Source: a virus
Lineage: Duplodnaviria > Caudoviricetes
Strand: one strand, 5' to 3'
Length of the DNA: 62,756 bases
Virus record (IMG/VR): IMGVR_UViG_3300036793_000052
Location: 1 to 62,756 of that record
Made by a program: the position numbers and the translations under genes. Of this stretch, positions 7,455 through 17,249 are shown piece after piece. Below the pieces are notes generated by a model. The model was given only the letters and a program-made list of their open reading frames with translations. It ran no database searches and had not been told where the DNA came from. Position 1 is the first letter of the stretch; every line of letters starts with the position of its first letter.

Positions 7455-7500
7455 AGGCCGGGCTATGACACGTAATGTGTTGTGGCTCGGCCTTTTTTGT
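7455..7500 (+). terminator. Intrinsic terminator between convergent operons
   Basis: AGGCCGGGCTATGACAC/GTGTTGTGGCTCGGCCT followed by a T-run. Confidence 0.85.
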
Positions 7501-7509
7501 TGCCCAAAA

Positions 7510-7722
7510 TCAGACTGTTTTGCATTTCGCTTCCCACACAACGCGGCCACTGAAATCGCGGTGCACAACCATCGCCTGACAAGGATGCGCTTGCCGCCAC
7601 AACACGGCACGGTCGTGGGCCACCGTAGCTGCCAGCATCAACGCCGCGACCGCCAGACTGATCGCCAATATCGAGATCACAAACGCCGCAACGGCTATCG
7701 CAAGCGGGCTAGTCGGCTTCAC
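7510..7722 (-). CDS. membrane protein
   Basis: Hydrophobic N-terminal helix. Confidence 0.65.
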   Translation of the reverse strand: MKPTSPLAIAVAAFVISILAISLAVAALMLAATVAHDRAVLWRQAHPCQAMVVHRDFSGRVVWEAKCKTV

Positions 7723-8620
7723 CGAAAACCTCCCGCAAGAGCTGGACCACAGCCCAGCCGTCGATCCCTTCCAACTGCTCAGCGGTCAGCGATGCTATAC
7801 GCTTGCATTCCTTTAGCTGCCAGTCTCGTTCCGCTATAAGCCATTTCGCGATATCAAGCGGCAAAGCTGTTTTGGCTTTGCGTTTCGCCTTCTTGTCCTC
7901 ATCAATCAGAAGCCCCGCGAGCCAATGATATTCGCGCTCGGACCACCTGCTGCCGCACGTCGAACACGTCACATCGGTTTCGCCGTTGGCAACACCAAGG
8001 GTTTGTGCGCCGCAGTCCAGCACTGGGCACGGCATTGCCAGCCTGGTGCGGGGGTTGGTTTCGCCGAGTAAAGATGTTACACGCCAATGGTTTTGCATGA
8101 GCTGCGCGCAAACATCAAGCCCGTCAACATCCACCGATGTGCGGGTTTCGTTGCTCCACAACGCTATTCGTCGGGTGGGCGCGTCGATGAGCCGATCCAA
8201 ATTGTCGGGTAGCACATTCATGGCCTGCCCGATTGGTGGGTATTCGTGTACCGGGTGCCCTTTGGCCTTCTGGCGTGCCTTCACGGCGATTCTAAGCTCG
8301 TCGGCCACCATCCACAGCGCCGCCTCAGCCCATTCGGTCAGTGTTGATCTGAGCCCGACTACGGCCATGTTGAGTGGTGCCGCCGGGGTGGGTGTGCCGG
8401 AGACGTGCTCGGTGCCGGTCGCGGCGAGGCCGTCCTGCGCCGCCGCACTGAGCCGGTGATAGTCGTTGCCCAGCTCTTCAATAGCACGCCGCAGCGCGGC
8501 CCTGCATCTTCTACATAGGCCGCGCTGGGATTCGATGATGGCGGGGTCACGGTGGCCGGTCGCCGCATTGATCTGCGGGTCGCGGCACAGTTTCCCCGCA
8601 CCGCAACGGTGATCGTCCAC
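7709..8620 (-). CDS. conserved Cys-rich actinophage protein (zinc ribbon, probable regulator)
   Basis: HRC..C..LCRRC and PCP..C..VTCSTCG..W motifs. Confidence 0.7.
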   Translation of the reverse strand: MDDHRCGAGKLCRDPQINAATGHRDPAIIESQRGLCRRCRAALRRAIEELGNDYHRLSAAAQDGLAATGTEHVSGTPTPAAPLNMAVVGLRSTLTEWAEAALWMVADELRIAVKARQKAKGHPVHEYPPIGQAMNVLPDNLDRLIDAPTRRIALWSNETRTSVDVDGLDVCAQLMQNHWRVTSLLGETNPRTRLAMPCPVLDCGAQTLGVANGETDVTCSTCGSRWSEREYHWLAGLLIDEDKKAKRKAKTALPLDIAKWLIAERDWQLKECKRIASLTAEQLEGIDGWAVVQLLREVFGEAD

Positions 8621-8625
8621 TGTGC

Positions 8626-9021
8626 CTAGCTGGTGGCGCTGTTGGGTGCCGCGCCGCCGCCTGCGTTCTGCAGTGCCGTAACCGAGTTCGCGGCGTTAGT
8701 GCGAGCTGTGTCGGCGTCGGCGAGTGCGGTGTTGAGAGCGTCAAGCTGAGCTGCCGGAATGTTCTGAGTGTTCAACCCTGTCAGGAAAGTCGTAACAGCC
8801 GATGCGAGATCGTTGGATGATTTCGCCAAAGCTTCGATGTCCGTTACCGCCGTGGTCAACACCGAATCATCTAACTGTACTGCGGCCATGATTTGCTCCA
8901 ATTGTGTTGCAATAGTTGATGTTTGCTTGTACTGCGCCTCAGCCGAAAGCCACAGCGCGTATGACAATTCGGCCAAGTTGTAGTTGCTCACGCCTGTCAC
9001 CTTACCCTTTACCTGCGACAC
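8626..9021 (-). CDS. hypothetical coiled-coil protein
   Basis: Ala-rich heptads; start could be 8889. Confidence 0.6.
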   Translation of the reverse strand: MSQVKGKVTGVSNYNLAELSYALWLSAEAQYKQTSTIATQLEQIMAAVQLDDSVLTTAVTDIEALAKSSNDLASAVTTFLTGLNTQNIPAAQLDALNTALADADTARTNAANSVTALQNAGGGAAPNSATS

Positions 9022-9146
9022 GGGCGCGGTGCACGCCTGCGCCGATCAGGGCGTTGTGCAGTGCGGTGCGGGAATGCTTACCGCACAGGCAGCCCGGCTC
9101 ACACGGTTTCGTCAGGCTGGGGTGCCAGCCGTGGCCGGGTGTCCAC

Positions 9147-9329
9147 TCACGCATGGCTCAACCAATGCAGCATGAACATTAAGGCTAGTGCGCCGCCGAG
9201 CGCGCCGATAGTGAACACGTTGGGGTTCAACCATTTCGGTTCACGCACAACCGCATACGTCACCGATGACAGGTACACGATCATCAGCACAGCCCACAAC
9301 CACCACCACTTAGCCATCGGACGCACCAA
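9147..9329 (-). CDS. small 2-TM membrane protein
   Basis: Two hydrophobic segments. Confidence 0.6.
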   Translation of the reverse strand: MVRPMAKWWWLWAVLMIVYLSSVTYAVVREPKWLNPNVFTIGALGGALALMFMLHWLSHA

Positions 9330-9951
9330 ACACGTTGCTCATCGTCTGCTCGCGGTCGTAAATCTTTTCAGCGCAACCAGAATAGCCACCCACATCAACG
9401 TACGAATCCCGGTGGTAGCCTTGGCGTTTGGTGCGCGCCAGTTTAAGCATAATCATCATATTCACCACGTCGTAGCGACTGACAGGCTTGTCAAGATACG
9501 CCGACCACAACGCGGCGATGTCACCGAAGTTCACATAGGCATGACCGTAATGTTGCTGACGGTCACCGTTAATCAACCGGTCCGCTTCCAACAGAATCGA
9601 ATCGAACCCGTCAACCGGCGGCCCGGGTGTACCGAGCGGTATCGTCATCTCCAGCAGCTCAGCCCCGCCGCCGCACACCTCACACTCATACTTAACCATC
9701 GGAGGCATGGTCGTAATAACCTGTGTGCCAACGCATTTGGGGCAATGCTTAAATCCGGCGTCTTCGGATTGTGGTGCACTGTGATAGATCAGCTCGCCGG
9801 GCTGCCCACCTTCAGTCATCCAACGAAAGCCATCGAAGACCCATGCCTTCTCGTCTTCACCATGCCCAACCGTGGCCATCACGTTCGCCGACACATCGAA
9901 TGGCAAATCATCCACCGTATCGGCGCGTATGATCGGATATTCTGGATTCAT
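9310..9951 (-). CDS. DUF6378-like (dNTP pyrophosphohydrolase-like) protein
   Basis: ILLEA..LINGDRQQHYG..NF..IA.LWSAYL...KLAR...HRDSYVD..GY. Confidence 0.75.
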   Translation of the reverse strand: MNPEYPIIRADTVDDLPFDVSANVMATVGHGEDEKAWVFDGFRWMTEGGQPGELIYHSAPQSEDAGFKHCPKCVGTQVITTMPPMVKYECEVCGGGAELLEMTIPLGTPGPPVDGFDSILLEADRLINGDRQQHYGHAYVNFGDIAALWSAYLDKPVSRYDVVNMMIMLKLARTKRQGYHRDSYVDVGGYSGCAEKIYDREQTMSNVFGASDG

Positions 9952-9980
9952 TCTCTAATCTCCTTTTCCCGCAACCTGTT

Positions 9981-10466
9981 TCAGGCCGCTAAGTCTCTCA
10001 GCACTTTTTGTGCTGGTGGTTCGGTTAGTACAATGATGGCCCGTACAAGAGCATCCACGTCGTAGCGGCCAAGCACAATTCGATTGCAAGTGTTGCAAGC
10101 AAGACAGCGCACGCAACGGCGGCAACCCATCTCGCGTGGATGCGGCGGTGGTGTCTCGCCGTCGTGGGCGTGGTGGTCGTGGTCGACTGCCAGGAATTTC
10201 TTTGCGCCCTTGGCTTTACGGCAGACAAAGCATCGCCCGTCTTGGCTTGCGAGGATGGCTGCATAGTCTTCTGGTGATAGTTCATAGGTTTTCGTTACGT
10301 GATTGTTGTGGGCTCGAATCCTGTTGCGGCGCTTCATCAGCCGATGGTGGGTTACACATCGCGGACCCGGTTGTAATCTCCCATCGGGGGTGGTGGCTAG
10401 CAGCCGTCTGCTCGTGATCCCTTCGGCTTTGCAGTCTTTGCATGGCTTCTCGGCGGTCGTCTGCAC
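9981..10466 (-). CDS. Endonuclease VII (Holliday junction resolvase)
   Basis: Y.LS.EDY..IL..Q.GRCFVC...LAVDHDH...VRCLACNTCN; start uncertain. Confidence 0.85.
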   Translation of the reverse strand: MQTTAEKPCKDCKAEGITSRRLLATTPDGRLQPGPRCVTHHRLMKRRNRIRAHNNHVTKTYELSPEDYAAILASQDGRCFVCRKAKGAKKFLAVDHDHHAHDGETPPPHPREMGCRRCVRCLACNTCNRIVLGRYDVDALVRAIIVLTEPPAQKVLRDLAA

Positions 10467-11469
10467 GGCGGGTGATGTCCTCCCGTAGAGCTGCCAGGTC
10501 AGCCAGAGTGTATCCCTCTGGGGGTGCGGTGTCGTGGTTGAGTAGGTGGCAGCGGATGCGGTCGCGGCGCTCACGATTCTCCCGCGCTGACTGTGTCATC
10601 TCCCGAACCGTTTCAAGTACCCGTTCAATGTTGTTGTCGGGTAAGAAGATTCCGCAGACTTCGCCGATCATCGCCACCACCGCATCTAGTAGCTCGGCGT
10701 AACGCGGGTCGACGAGCGCTGTAAAGCTTTGCCTGCTTTGACTTTCGGGGATGATAAACGCCGCCCCGGCGAGTGCTATGCGGTCGTCTTCATCTAGCGC
10801 GTCTACGTCGAATGCTTCCGCAAGCCCAATCGGCGCAAACGGCGGCACGCCGGTAAGCACGCATGGACCGCCAACAATCTCACTGTCCTCGGGAATGAGG
10901 GGGGTGAAGGTCACTTGCCCCGACACTGATTCGCCGAAGGTTTCACCGAAGCTAAAGCCAAACGGCGTCATCATCTGGCGCGGTATCGCGGTCCGCGCGG
11001 CCATCTCGGCCACCTGGTCGCGCGAATACTGCGCCGGATCGTAGCCGTATTCGACGCCGCTCACCTGATCGACGTAGGTCGCCATCTCGATTGCTTCGCC
11101 TTCAGCGAACGGTCCAACACAATACGGTGTCGCCAGGCCATGCCAATCACCGTGGCAGCGCGGGCACCGGTCGTAGCGGTCGGCGCAATAATCGTCCAAA
11201 GGACGCCCTGAAGCATCAACACCAGCCGCCATGGTCTCATCCACCAGCCGGTCGATTTCGTCTAGCACAGCGGCTTCCGGCCGCGCAGGCGTGGCCTCCG
11301 GTAGGTCACGCCGCCTACACACACACATTGGGTAGTCGGGATTGCATGGCGTCACACACTCCGGTGGCCCCGGTCGCGATGACTGGCAGTTCCAGCACTC
11401 GCCGCCACCTCTATCATTTTCGGCGTAGCCGCACTGGAAACAAGTCCACCAATCAGAACGGGCACTCAT
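10282..11469 (-). CDS. hypothetical multi-Cys protein
   Basis: Long ORF with RCPRCHGDWHGL motif. Confidence 0.65.
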   Translation of the reverse strand: MSARSDWWTCFQCGYAENDRGGGECWNCQSSRPGPPECVTPCNPDYPMCVCRRRDLPEATPARPEAAVLDEIDRLVDETMAAGVDASGRPLDDYCADRYDRCPRCHGDWHGLATPYCVGPFAEGEAIEMATYVDQVSGVEYGYDPAQYSRDQVAEMAARTAIPRQMMTPFGFSFGETFGESVSGQVTFTPLIPEDSEIVGGPCVLTGVPPFAPIGLAEAFDVDALDEDDRIALAGAAFIIPESQSRQSFTALVDPRYAELLDAVVAMIGEVCGIFLPDNNIERVLETVREMTQSARENRERRDRIRCHLLNHDTAPPEGYTLADLAALREDITRRADDRREAMQRLQSRRDHEQTAASHHPRWEITTGSAMCNPPSADEAPQQDSSPQQSRNENL

Positions 11470-11863
11470 CGGTCTGCTCACCTTCCCCAAATCGTCGCTC
11501 AATACACCTGGTATCCAAATCTGTTGGCGCAACCCATGTCACACCACAGCGGTGCGCCGGAACAATGTAGCTGTGTTTCGGTAGCCCCGACTTGATGTGA
11601 TACACGGCGCGGTTGAACGGGTGCCCGTCACCATGAATGGTCACGTTGTAAGTCCAAACACCCATCACCAAAGCTTTCGCTTCACCATGCAATGAAAGGT
11701 GGACGTTATCAAGGCTTGTCGGCTCACCGTGCACCATGCATTGCAAAACCATTGCATGGCATTTCGCGCAACGTCCACGTTTCGGCGTAGTAGTCACCAA
11801 ATGCCTTGGTATCGGCCGCTTTTTGCGGCGTGCCCGCCACTGGTCATTCCACGGTGCGGGCAT
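11453..11863 (-). CDS. hypothetical protein
   Basis: CAKC..HRC; ends ECPF. Confidence 0.65.
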   Translation of the reverse strand: MPAPWNDQWRARRKKRPIPRHLVTTTPKRGRCAKCHAMVLQCMVHGEPTSLDNVHLSLHGEAKALVMGVWTYNVTIHGDGHPFNRAVYHIKSGLPKHSYIVPAHRCGVTWVAPTDLDTRCIERRFGEGEQTDECPF

Positions 11864-12235
11864 TTACATCATCAACAATCCGAAAGGCAGCTGACGCAAT
11901 CTAATTCGGGTGCCCACGTCGGTGGCCTCCGCGATGCGGAACGCAACCAGCCAATTAAACAGCCGACCACCGGACTTCTCGGCATCCGACGCCTTTAGCG
12001 TGCCGATGGCGACGTCATGCGAATAACGTGCCTCACCGACACCATGGCTAATAACCACGCGGGCAAGCCAATTCACCTCAGCTAAATCCTGGCCGGTCCA
12101 ATTGCGTTCCAGCTGTTCGACCGCAGCCACCGTGAGGGGGGTGCCGTCAACGGCCAGATAGCGGGTGTCGGTCGGGATATTCAGTAGTGCAGTCACTTCC
12201 ATCTCCTTTGTTTGCTGCTCGCGAACCCAGGACAT
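11864..12235 (-). CDS. hypothetical protein
   Basis: ORF abutting next gene. Confidence 0.55.
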   Translation of the reverse strand: MSWVREQQTKEMEVTALLNIPTDTRYLAVDGTPLTVAAVEQLERNWTGQDLAEVNWLARVVISHGVGEARYSHDVAIGTLKASDAEKSGGRLFNWLVAFRIAEATDVGTRIRLRQLPFGLLMM

Positions 12236-12349
12236 CAGCGAGCGATTTTCCGGTATGACGCTCTAGGAAAAAATACAGCCGCAGGTCAGAGGCTATTTCG
12301 ATTGATACAATGGATGGTACACAACTCGTGTAGGGATACACATGCGGTT

Positions 12350-12450
12350 CCTGTCGTCCCTGTTGTCCCCTTGCCTGCTCAGGGCATGTTTTGTGATGTC
12401 CCTTATGTTGTCCCTTCTGATGTCCCCCTAATGTCCCTACCCAGGACATC
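12350..12450. repeat. Iteron-like TGTCCC repeats, candidate replication origin
   Basis: TGTCCC at 12364, 12397, 12409, 12421, 12432 plus inverted GGACA, just downstream of primase-helicase. Confidence 0.6.
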
Positions 12451-12468
12451 AGGGTTTTGTTTGCTGGC

Positions 12469-15042
12469 CTAGTGCTCATAGTGGGCCGTATCAAAAAGGT
12501 TAGTGGTGTAAGGCTTTTCGATCTGAATTCCGCGCAGAACACGAATTCTGCCGTCCGCGCGTTTCCCGAAAACGACACCTTGGGGTTTTAATCTGATGGA
12601 CAGTTCCTTTCCGAATATGCGGTTGTTCTTCGGCCGCGCGCGTTGTTGATTGCACCATGTTGTGTAGGTGTCGTACACCTCGGCGCTGTCGCACGGCGGC
12701 GCATCGGGGTCGATGACAATGCAATCAGCGATGAATTGACCTATCTCGTCTTCGGATTCGGCGTAGTCCTCGGTTGCGGCCAGCACAATATTCGGCTCGC
12801 TGGACTTTTCGTTGATGATCGAAACAGCGCCTTGGACAATCCAATTCAGAATGCCCGAACCTTCGGTCTCGAATAGCACCTGGTCTAGGTGTTCGATAAG
12901 CTCACCTTCCTGCACCTGGTGGTCGAACGGTATGAGCCGTAGACGTCGCCAAAAGGAATGGCCACCGGCACCGACGCGGGGCTGATGATTGCCCATCAGA
13001 AACAACGTATGGGTAGGTTTGAAGGTGAACAGGTCTTGGCGCATGAAGCGCGCTGACACCATATCGCCGCCGGTCAGCATTTTGATTTTCGCTTCATCGA
13101 ACTTGCTGTCTTGGTTGACTTCTGAGCAGGTGACGAATCTTGCCCCGGCCAAATTGGCGATCTCTGCGAGGTGGCGCTCCGATGTTCCAGCGAGTAGGAA
13201 ATTCAGTGGCGCACTGGTGGCGTATTCGCCCAATGTGCGGCGCACCACGTCCAATAGCACGCTTTTACCGTTGTTGCCTGCGCCGAAAAGGAAAGGCAGA
13301 ACGTGGTGGAACACGTCGCCGATCGCGGCGTAGCCGATCAACCGTTGCATGTAGCGGATCAGCTCAGCGTTGCCCTTGAACGTGGTATCCAGGAAAGCCG
13401 CCCAGCGTGGCGCATCCGCCGCCGGGTCATATGGCGCACCAGCAATCTTGGTGTGCCACTTAGCGGCGTCATGGGGCAGTAGCTGACCGGTGCGCAGGTC
13501 GACTGCGCCGTTGGGTGTGTTCAGCTCATAGCCATGCGTGTCGAGTAGCTCTAGCGGCACCTGTAGGTTCGCGTCGCCTTGCGCTAGGCGGATCATCGCG
13601 AGCACGCCGTTTTTCGACAGGGTTTTGTTTTTGTGGGCGACAGCCGTTTTATCTCCGGCGATCACCGGCAGTGTGCGCGCTATGTCCCGTGCCGCTTGTA
13701 GGGCCGGTGAGTCATCAGCGTGGCGTTTCCACTGTGCACCGTCCCAGCGCACCCAACAGCGTTGTTCGGGGACGTAGCGCAGCCGGTCGGCCCACTGCGC
13801 GACCATGCGTTGCGCGTTGCCGTCATCGGTCAGCGTGTAGTCCCGCTTAGGCTCCGGCTTAGCGTCGGCGCTGGGCAGCTGCGTCACGGTAGCGATTCCT
13901 GGCCCCGTGTCGCCTCCTGTCGGACTTTTGGCGGTGTTGCGGCCGGTGGGAAGCTGCCTGACGTTTCCGGCTTTCACGGCCGCATCTATCAGGGTTTCGT
14001 GCGGATGCGCGCCAAGCTCACTAGCCAGCCCGGCTGGGGTTTTCACCGAGGCGATGCGCTCAGCCTCACTGCAGATATCGCGCCATTCGTAGCGGTGCGG
14101 CTTCCGCGAAGGTTGTTGCGTGGCAAGCAGATTCAGGAAACGCTGCTGCACCATCTCCGAAATACCTTGGTACAGTTCACGACTCAGGCAGCCGTTGCGG
14201 CGGGCGCATTCGAGGCGAACCATGCAGCGCAGCGCCCACGGGTGACGGCCGTCAACATCCTCGGTCATCCACTGCCGGGCCATCGCGGTCGCATACCCGC
14301 ATGGTTTGTCGACATAATCCCAGCCCGCCGGGTCGGAGGACTCGTTTGCGTCAGTGTCGGCAGATGGGCTATCAAAAATTCCGGCTTCATCTAGCTTCTC
14401 GGCCAGCGTGTCCAAAGCCATCGGTGCGCCGACCCCGGCGGCGGCTGAAGTATCGGCGGGCACATCATCCTTGAAATTACGGGTACCAGGACAACGCAGA
14501 ATCCTAGCCAGGTCATAGACGCTATCGACTTTGGCACCGTGGGCGGCGGCGACAGCGCGCACCAACCGACCGAACCGCAGCAACACAGCTTCCATCTCTG
14601 TCGTGCTCAGCGCACCGTGACCGTCCGGTGTGATCTCGCCGTCGTCAGTGTCAATGGCCCAATAAGGTTGCAGCCCATGCCCGCTGAAAACCACCATCGT
14701 CGGATATTCGCCGATCACCGACGACACCTCATCCACGACCGCCTGAGCAACATCGAAGTCAGCGCAGCCGCCGGGCTTCACATCCAAATCCGCGAACACC
14801 GCCGACATGCGCGTGACATCTTCAGGCTTACCCCTGCCACCGGTCGAACGCGCCGGTCCCGCAACAGGATTCACGCCCAACCAAACATCATGGGCGGCTG
14901 ACATCAGATCAACATAGGATGGGACGGCTGCCGGGGGTAGGACAGAGTATTTGAAGTCGCCGGTAGTGTTGTGTTTGTGGCAGACAGCAACATACTCGTC
15001 GGCTGAAAAGCCAAGCGCGGCAATCCAATCCGATACATCCAT
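12469..15042 (-). CDS. DNA primase/helicase (AEP-type primase plus P4/D5 SF3 helicase)
   Basis: ADLD, SGHGLQPYW, RILRCPGTRN; TDDGNA, Walker A GAGNNGKS, LTGGD..SARF, FWRRL. Confidence 0.92.
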   Translation of the reverse strand: MDVSDWIAALGFSADEYVAVCHKHNTTGDFKYSVLPPAAVPSYVDLMSAAHDVWLGVNPVAGPARSTGGRGKPEDVTRMSAVFADLDVKPGGCADFDVAQAVVDEVSSVIGEYPTMVVFSGHGLQPYWAIDTDDGEITPDGHGALSTTEMEAVLLRFGRLVRAVAAAHGAKVDSVYDLARILRCPGTRNFKDDVPADTSAAAGVGAPMALDTLAEKLDEAGIFDSPSADTDANESSDPAGWDYVDKPCGYATAMARQWMTEDVDGRHPWALRCMVRLECARRNGCLSRELYQGISEMVQQRFLNLLATQQPSRKPHRYEWRDICSEAERIASVKTPAGLASELGAHPHETLIDAAVKAGNVRQLPTGRNTAKSPTGGDTGPGIATVTQLPSADAKPEPKRDYTLTDDGNAQRMVAQWADRLRYVPEQRCWVRWDGAQWKRHADDSPALQAARDIARTLPVIAGDKTAVAHKNKTLSKNGVLAMIRLAQGDANLQVPLELLDTHGYELNTPNGAVDLRTGQLLPHDAAKWHTKIAGAPYDPAADAPRWAAFLDTTFKGNAELIRYMQRLIGYAAIGDVFHHVLPFLFGAGNNGKSVLLDVVRRTLGEYATSAPLNFLLAGTSERHLAEIANLAGARFVTCSEVNQDSKFDEAKIKMLTGGDMVSARFMRQDLFTFKPTHTLFLMGNHQPRVGAGGHSFWRRLRLIPFDHQVQEGELIEHLDQVLFETEGSGILNWIVQGAVSIINEKSSEPNIVLAATEDYAESEDEIGQFIADCIVIDPDAPPCDSAEVYDTYTTWCNQQRARPKNNRIFGKELSIRLKPQGVVFGKRADGRIRVLRGIQIEKPYTTNLFDTAHYEH

Positions 15043-15230
15043 TACCGTGACCGCATCATGTCGGGGTCGGTGCTATAACTCGCTACGCATACTGGTGCGA
15101 ATTTATGGTTACCAACGTAGTGTGCGTCTAACCGGTCGGCGGTGCCGTTCGTTTCGATAGTCACGAGCGCCCAGCAGGCACCGCAGCGGCGCTTCATCTC
15201 GGTTGTCTCTTGCTTTGTGTGCCAATCCAT
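15042..15230 (-). CDS. hypothetical protein
   Basis: Coupled to primase start. Confidence 0.5.
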   Translation of the reverse strand: MDWHTKQETTEMKRRCGACWALVTIETNGTADRLDAHYVGNHKFAPVCVASYSTDPDMMRSR

Positions 15231-15405
15231 TTCGGTCTCGCCTTACAGGTAGTGGGGGTGCGGCTGGCGTGTGCTGACCTTTTGAACACGCGCCCGCGCA
15301 ACATCTCTCAAACAGTCAGCGCCGACGACCGACACCAGTTCGAACACTGCTCGCAGCCCGGCTAGCTCGCTGTCGTCTAGCCGGTTAAACCGGTTGGGGA
15401 TGAAG

Positions 15406-15654
15406 CTAGGCAACGAGCCGATCCCTGAGTTCTTCGATTTTGGATGGCCGGAAACCGGTCCACGAATTGCGGTAGTCTCCGGAGGTGACCTCAACGCGGG
15501 GTAGTTCTAGGGAGTTCATTTCCCGAAGGCGTTGCGCCGCATGATGATCTTGCGTTATGTCGATTTCGGTGTACGGGATTTCGTGCCGGTCAAGTGCGCG
15601 TTTGGTGGCCACGCAGCCTTGGCAGCCGGGCTTGCTGTAAACGGTGACGTTCAT
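15406..15654 (-). CDS. nrdH: NrdH-like glutaredoxin
   Basis: VTVYSKPGCQGCVATKRAL...P.V...WTGFRP. Confidence 0.9.
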   Translation of the reverse strand: MNVTVYSKPGCQGCVATKRALDRHEIPYTEIDITQDHHAAQRLREMNSLELPRVEVTSGDYRNSWTGFRPSKIEELRDRLVA

Positions 15655-15722
15655 CGAATCTCCTTTGATTGCAATAACTTTCCTTGACTCGCCGATAATC
15701 TGCGGAACGTCAGCTACGTTGC

Positions 15723-15977
15723 TCAGCGCCGGATTTCGATGCCGACGTTGACGTCGTGCGGGTGTTGGGTCGCCCAGCCGTCGCGCTGAGCGGCAGTACC
15801 GAACGGCATGATCATGTCGCCGCATTCGTGACACACGGCCAGGTGCCACACGTCCCATCTGCCAGCGAAGACTTGTCCTCCTGGAACGGCTCCCCATCCT
15901 CCGTCTTGGACGATTCGAGCTGTCGCGGCTATGCCGGTGAGGCTTGATCCGCTGACCCCGATTGGCTGATCCGTCAT
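15723..15977 (-). CDS. small zinc-finger-like protein
   Basis: CHEC..F....RD.WA..H. Confidence 0.6.
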   Translation of the reverse strand: MTDQPIGVSGSSLTGIAATARIVQDGGWGAVPGGQVFAGRWDVWHLAVCHECGDMIMPFGTAAQRDGWATQHPHDVNVGIEIRR

Positions 15978-16038
15978 GTTCTGTCCTCTCTTGACTCACC
16001 GATAATCGTTATTATGTAAGGCTTTTCGGAGGGGGGAC

Positions 16039-16078
16039 AGTGCCCGCCGAGGCGATTACGTCATCCCGGCGGGCACTG
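16039..16078 (-). terminator. GC-rich hairpin after SSB
   Basis: CAGTGCCCGCCG/CGGCGGGCACTG. Confidence 0.55.
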
Positions 16079-16087
16079 CTTGACCTT

Positions 16088-16735
16088 CTACCCTCCGATG
16101 TTGGCTAGGGCTTGCTGCGCTTCCGGCGACAACGACGCCCACACCTCGGGTGTCATACCTGCAGGCAGGTTCGCGGGTGCCGCTACCGTGGTTGCGGGGG
16201 CGGTGGCCCCGTTGCTACCCACTGGTTGAGCTGGTCCGCTAGCTGCTGCTGGCGCTGCCTGCGCTGCCGGATTCGTTGCAGCACTTGCTGTTCCGAGAAA
16301 CTGTCCGGACTGCCCACCCTGCGGGGGAACATATGTCGCGGTGTAGATTTTCGGTGCGTTGAAAGCCGGGTTGGTTTTCTCACCATCGGCGACGTACTGC
16401 ACAGTCAAAGTGCCGCCAACATCCAAACCCTTTGCACCCGAAGTGGATACAGCGCGCTGTACCGCTTCCCTCATGCCTTTGTTCGCGATGAACAGCCGTC
16501 GTTCGCCGTCGTCGTCTTCGATTTCGGCGTCACGGTACTGCGTCTTCATCGGAACAACCAATTGCAGCATCGGATCACCATTCTTCCACGTCTTCGGTGA
16601 GCCGTCCTTCGGGTCGGTCTGCTGCTGCACATACGGTTCTTCGGAGATGACACCGGAATGCGTTGTGCCAAGTTCCAGGAACTTGAGTGACGCCGCGCCG
16701 GACTGGAAGAAGCCGTACGAATCATTTGTGCTCAT
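16088..16735 (-). CDS. ssDNA-binding protein (actinophage type)
   Basis: QQTD..G.PKTW.NGDP.LQL, DDGERRLF, PKIYTATY; Ala/Pro tail. Confidence 0.75.
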   Translation of the reverse strand: MSTNDSYGFFQSGAASLKFLELGTTHSGVISEEPYVQQQTDPKDGSPKTWKNGDPMLQLVVPMKTQYRDAEIEDDDGERRLFIANKGMREAVQRAVSTSGAKGLDVGGTLTVQYVADGEKTNPAFNAPKIYTATYVPPQGGQSGQFLGTASAATNPAAQAAPAAASGPAQPVGSNGATAPATTVAAPANLPAGMTPEVWASLSPEAQQALANIGG

Positions 16736-16853
16736 CTTGTGTTCTCTCTTCTTGTGTTCTGAATTTGTTTCTCCCGCAACCGATTTGGTGCGAAAGCTCG
16801 TGGTGGTTCGGAACCGGCCACAAGTTTTGGGTGGAACCTTTGATCGTACCAGG

Positions 16854-17225
16854 TCAGGGCGTCAGGTCAACGGGTCCATCACCGGGGTATTTCCATTCGG
16901 TAATAAACGTCAACACGTCGCGCTCAACCACCTTGACTTCCCGTTCAATATTCATGCGCTCGTACAGGGATTGTGTTTTGTCCCTTGATCTTTCGGCTGG
17001 TTCTTCCATGTCGAAGATGGTTGGATGCCCATTATCGAAGCGTGCGAAATCACCGAAACCATCGAAGACGCATAACCCGTTGCCTTCGACTAGGACGGCA
17101 TAGTTTTTGTCGGTGCGGTCGGGCTCACCAGCGAAGGCGTGAACCTTGACTGCTGCGAATTGTGCTTCCATTGCTTTCTTCCATTCGTTTTCGTCGGTTT
17201 TTACTTGCCGTGGGTCGAATCCCAT
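16854..17225 (-). CDS. hypothetical protein
   Basis: AGAAAGGG RBS. Confidence 0.65.
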   Translation of the reverse strand: MGFDPRQVKTDENEWKKAMEAQFAAVKVHAFAGEPDRTDKNYAVLVEGNGLCVFDGFGDFARFDNGHPTIFDMEEPAERSRDKTQSLYERMNIEREVKVVERDVLTFITEWKYPGDGPVDLTP

Positions 17226-17249
17226 TGCATCCCTTTCTTAGTCACTTCA

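Noticed and set aside
9061-10065. 334-aa plus-strand ORF and similar long antisense ORFs (e.g. 27663-28520)
   Set aside because: Shadows of convincing minus-strand genes in GC-rich DNA
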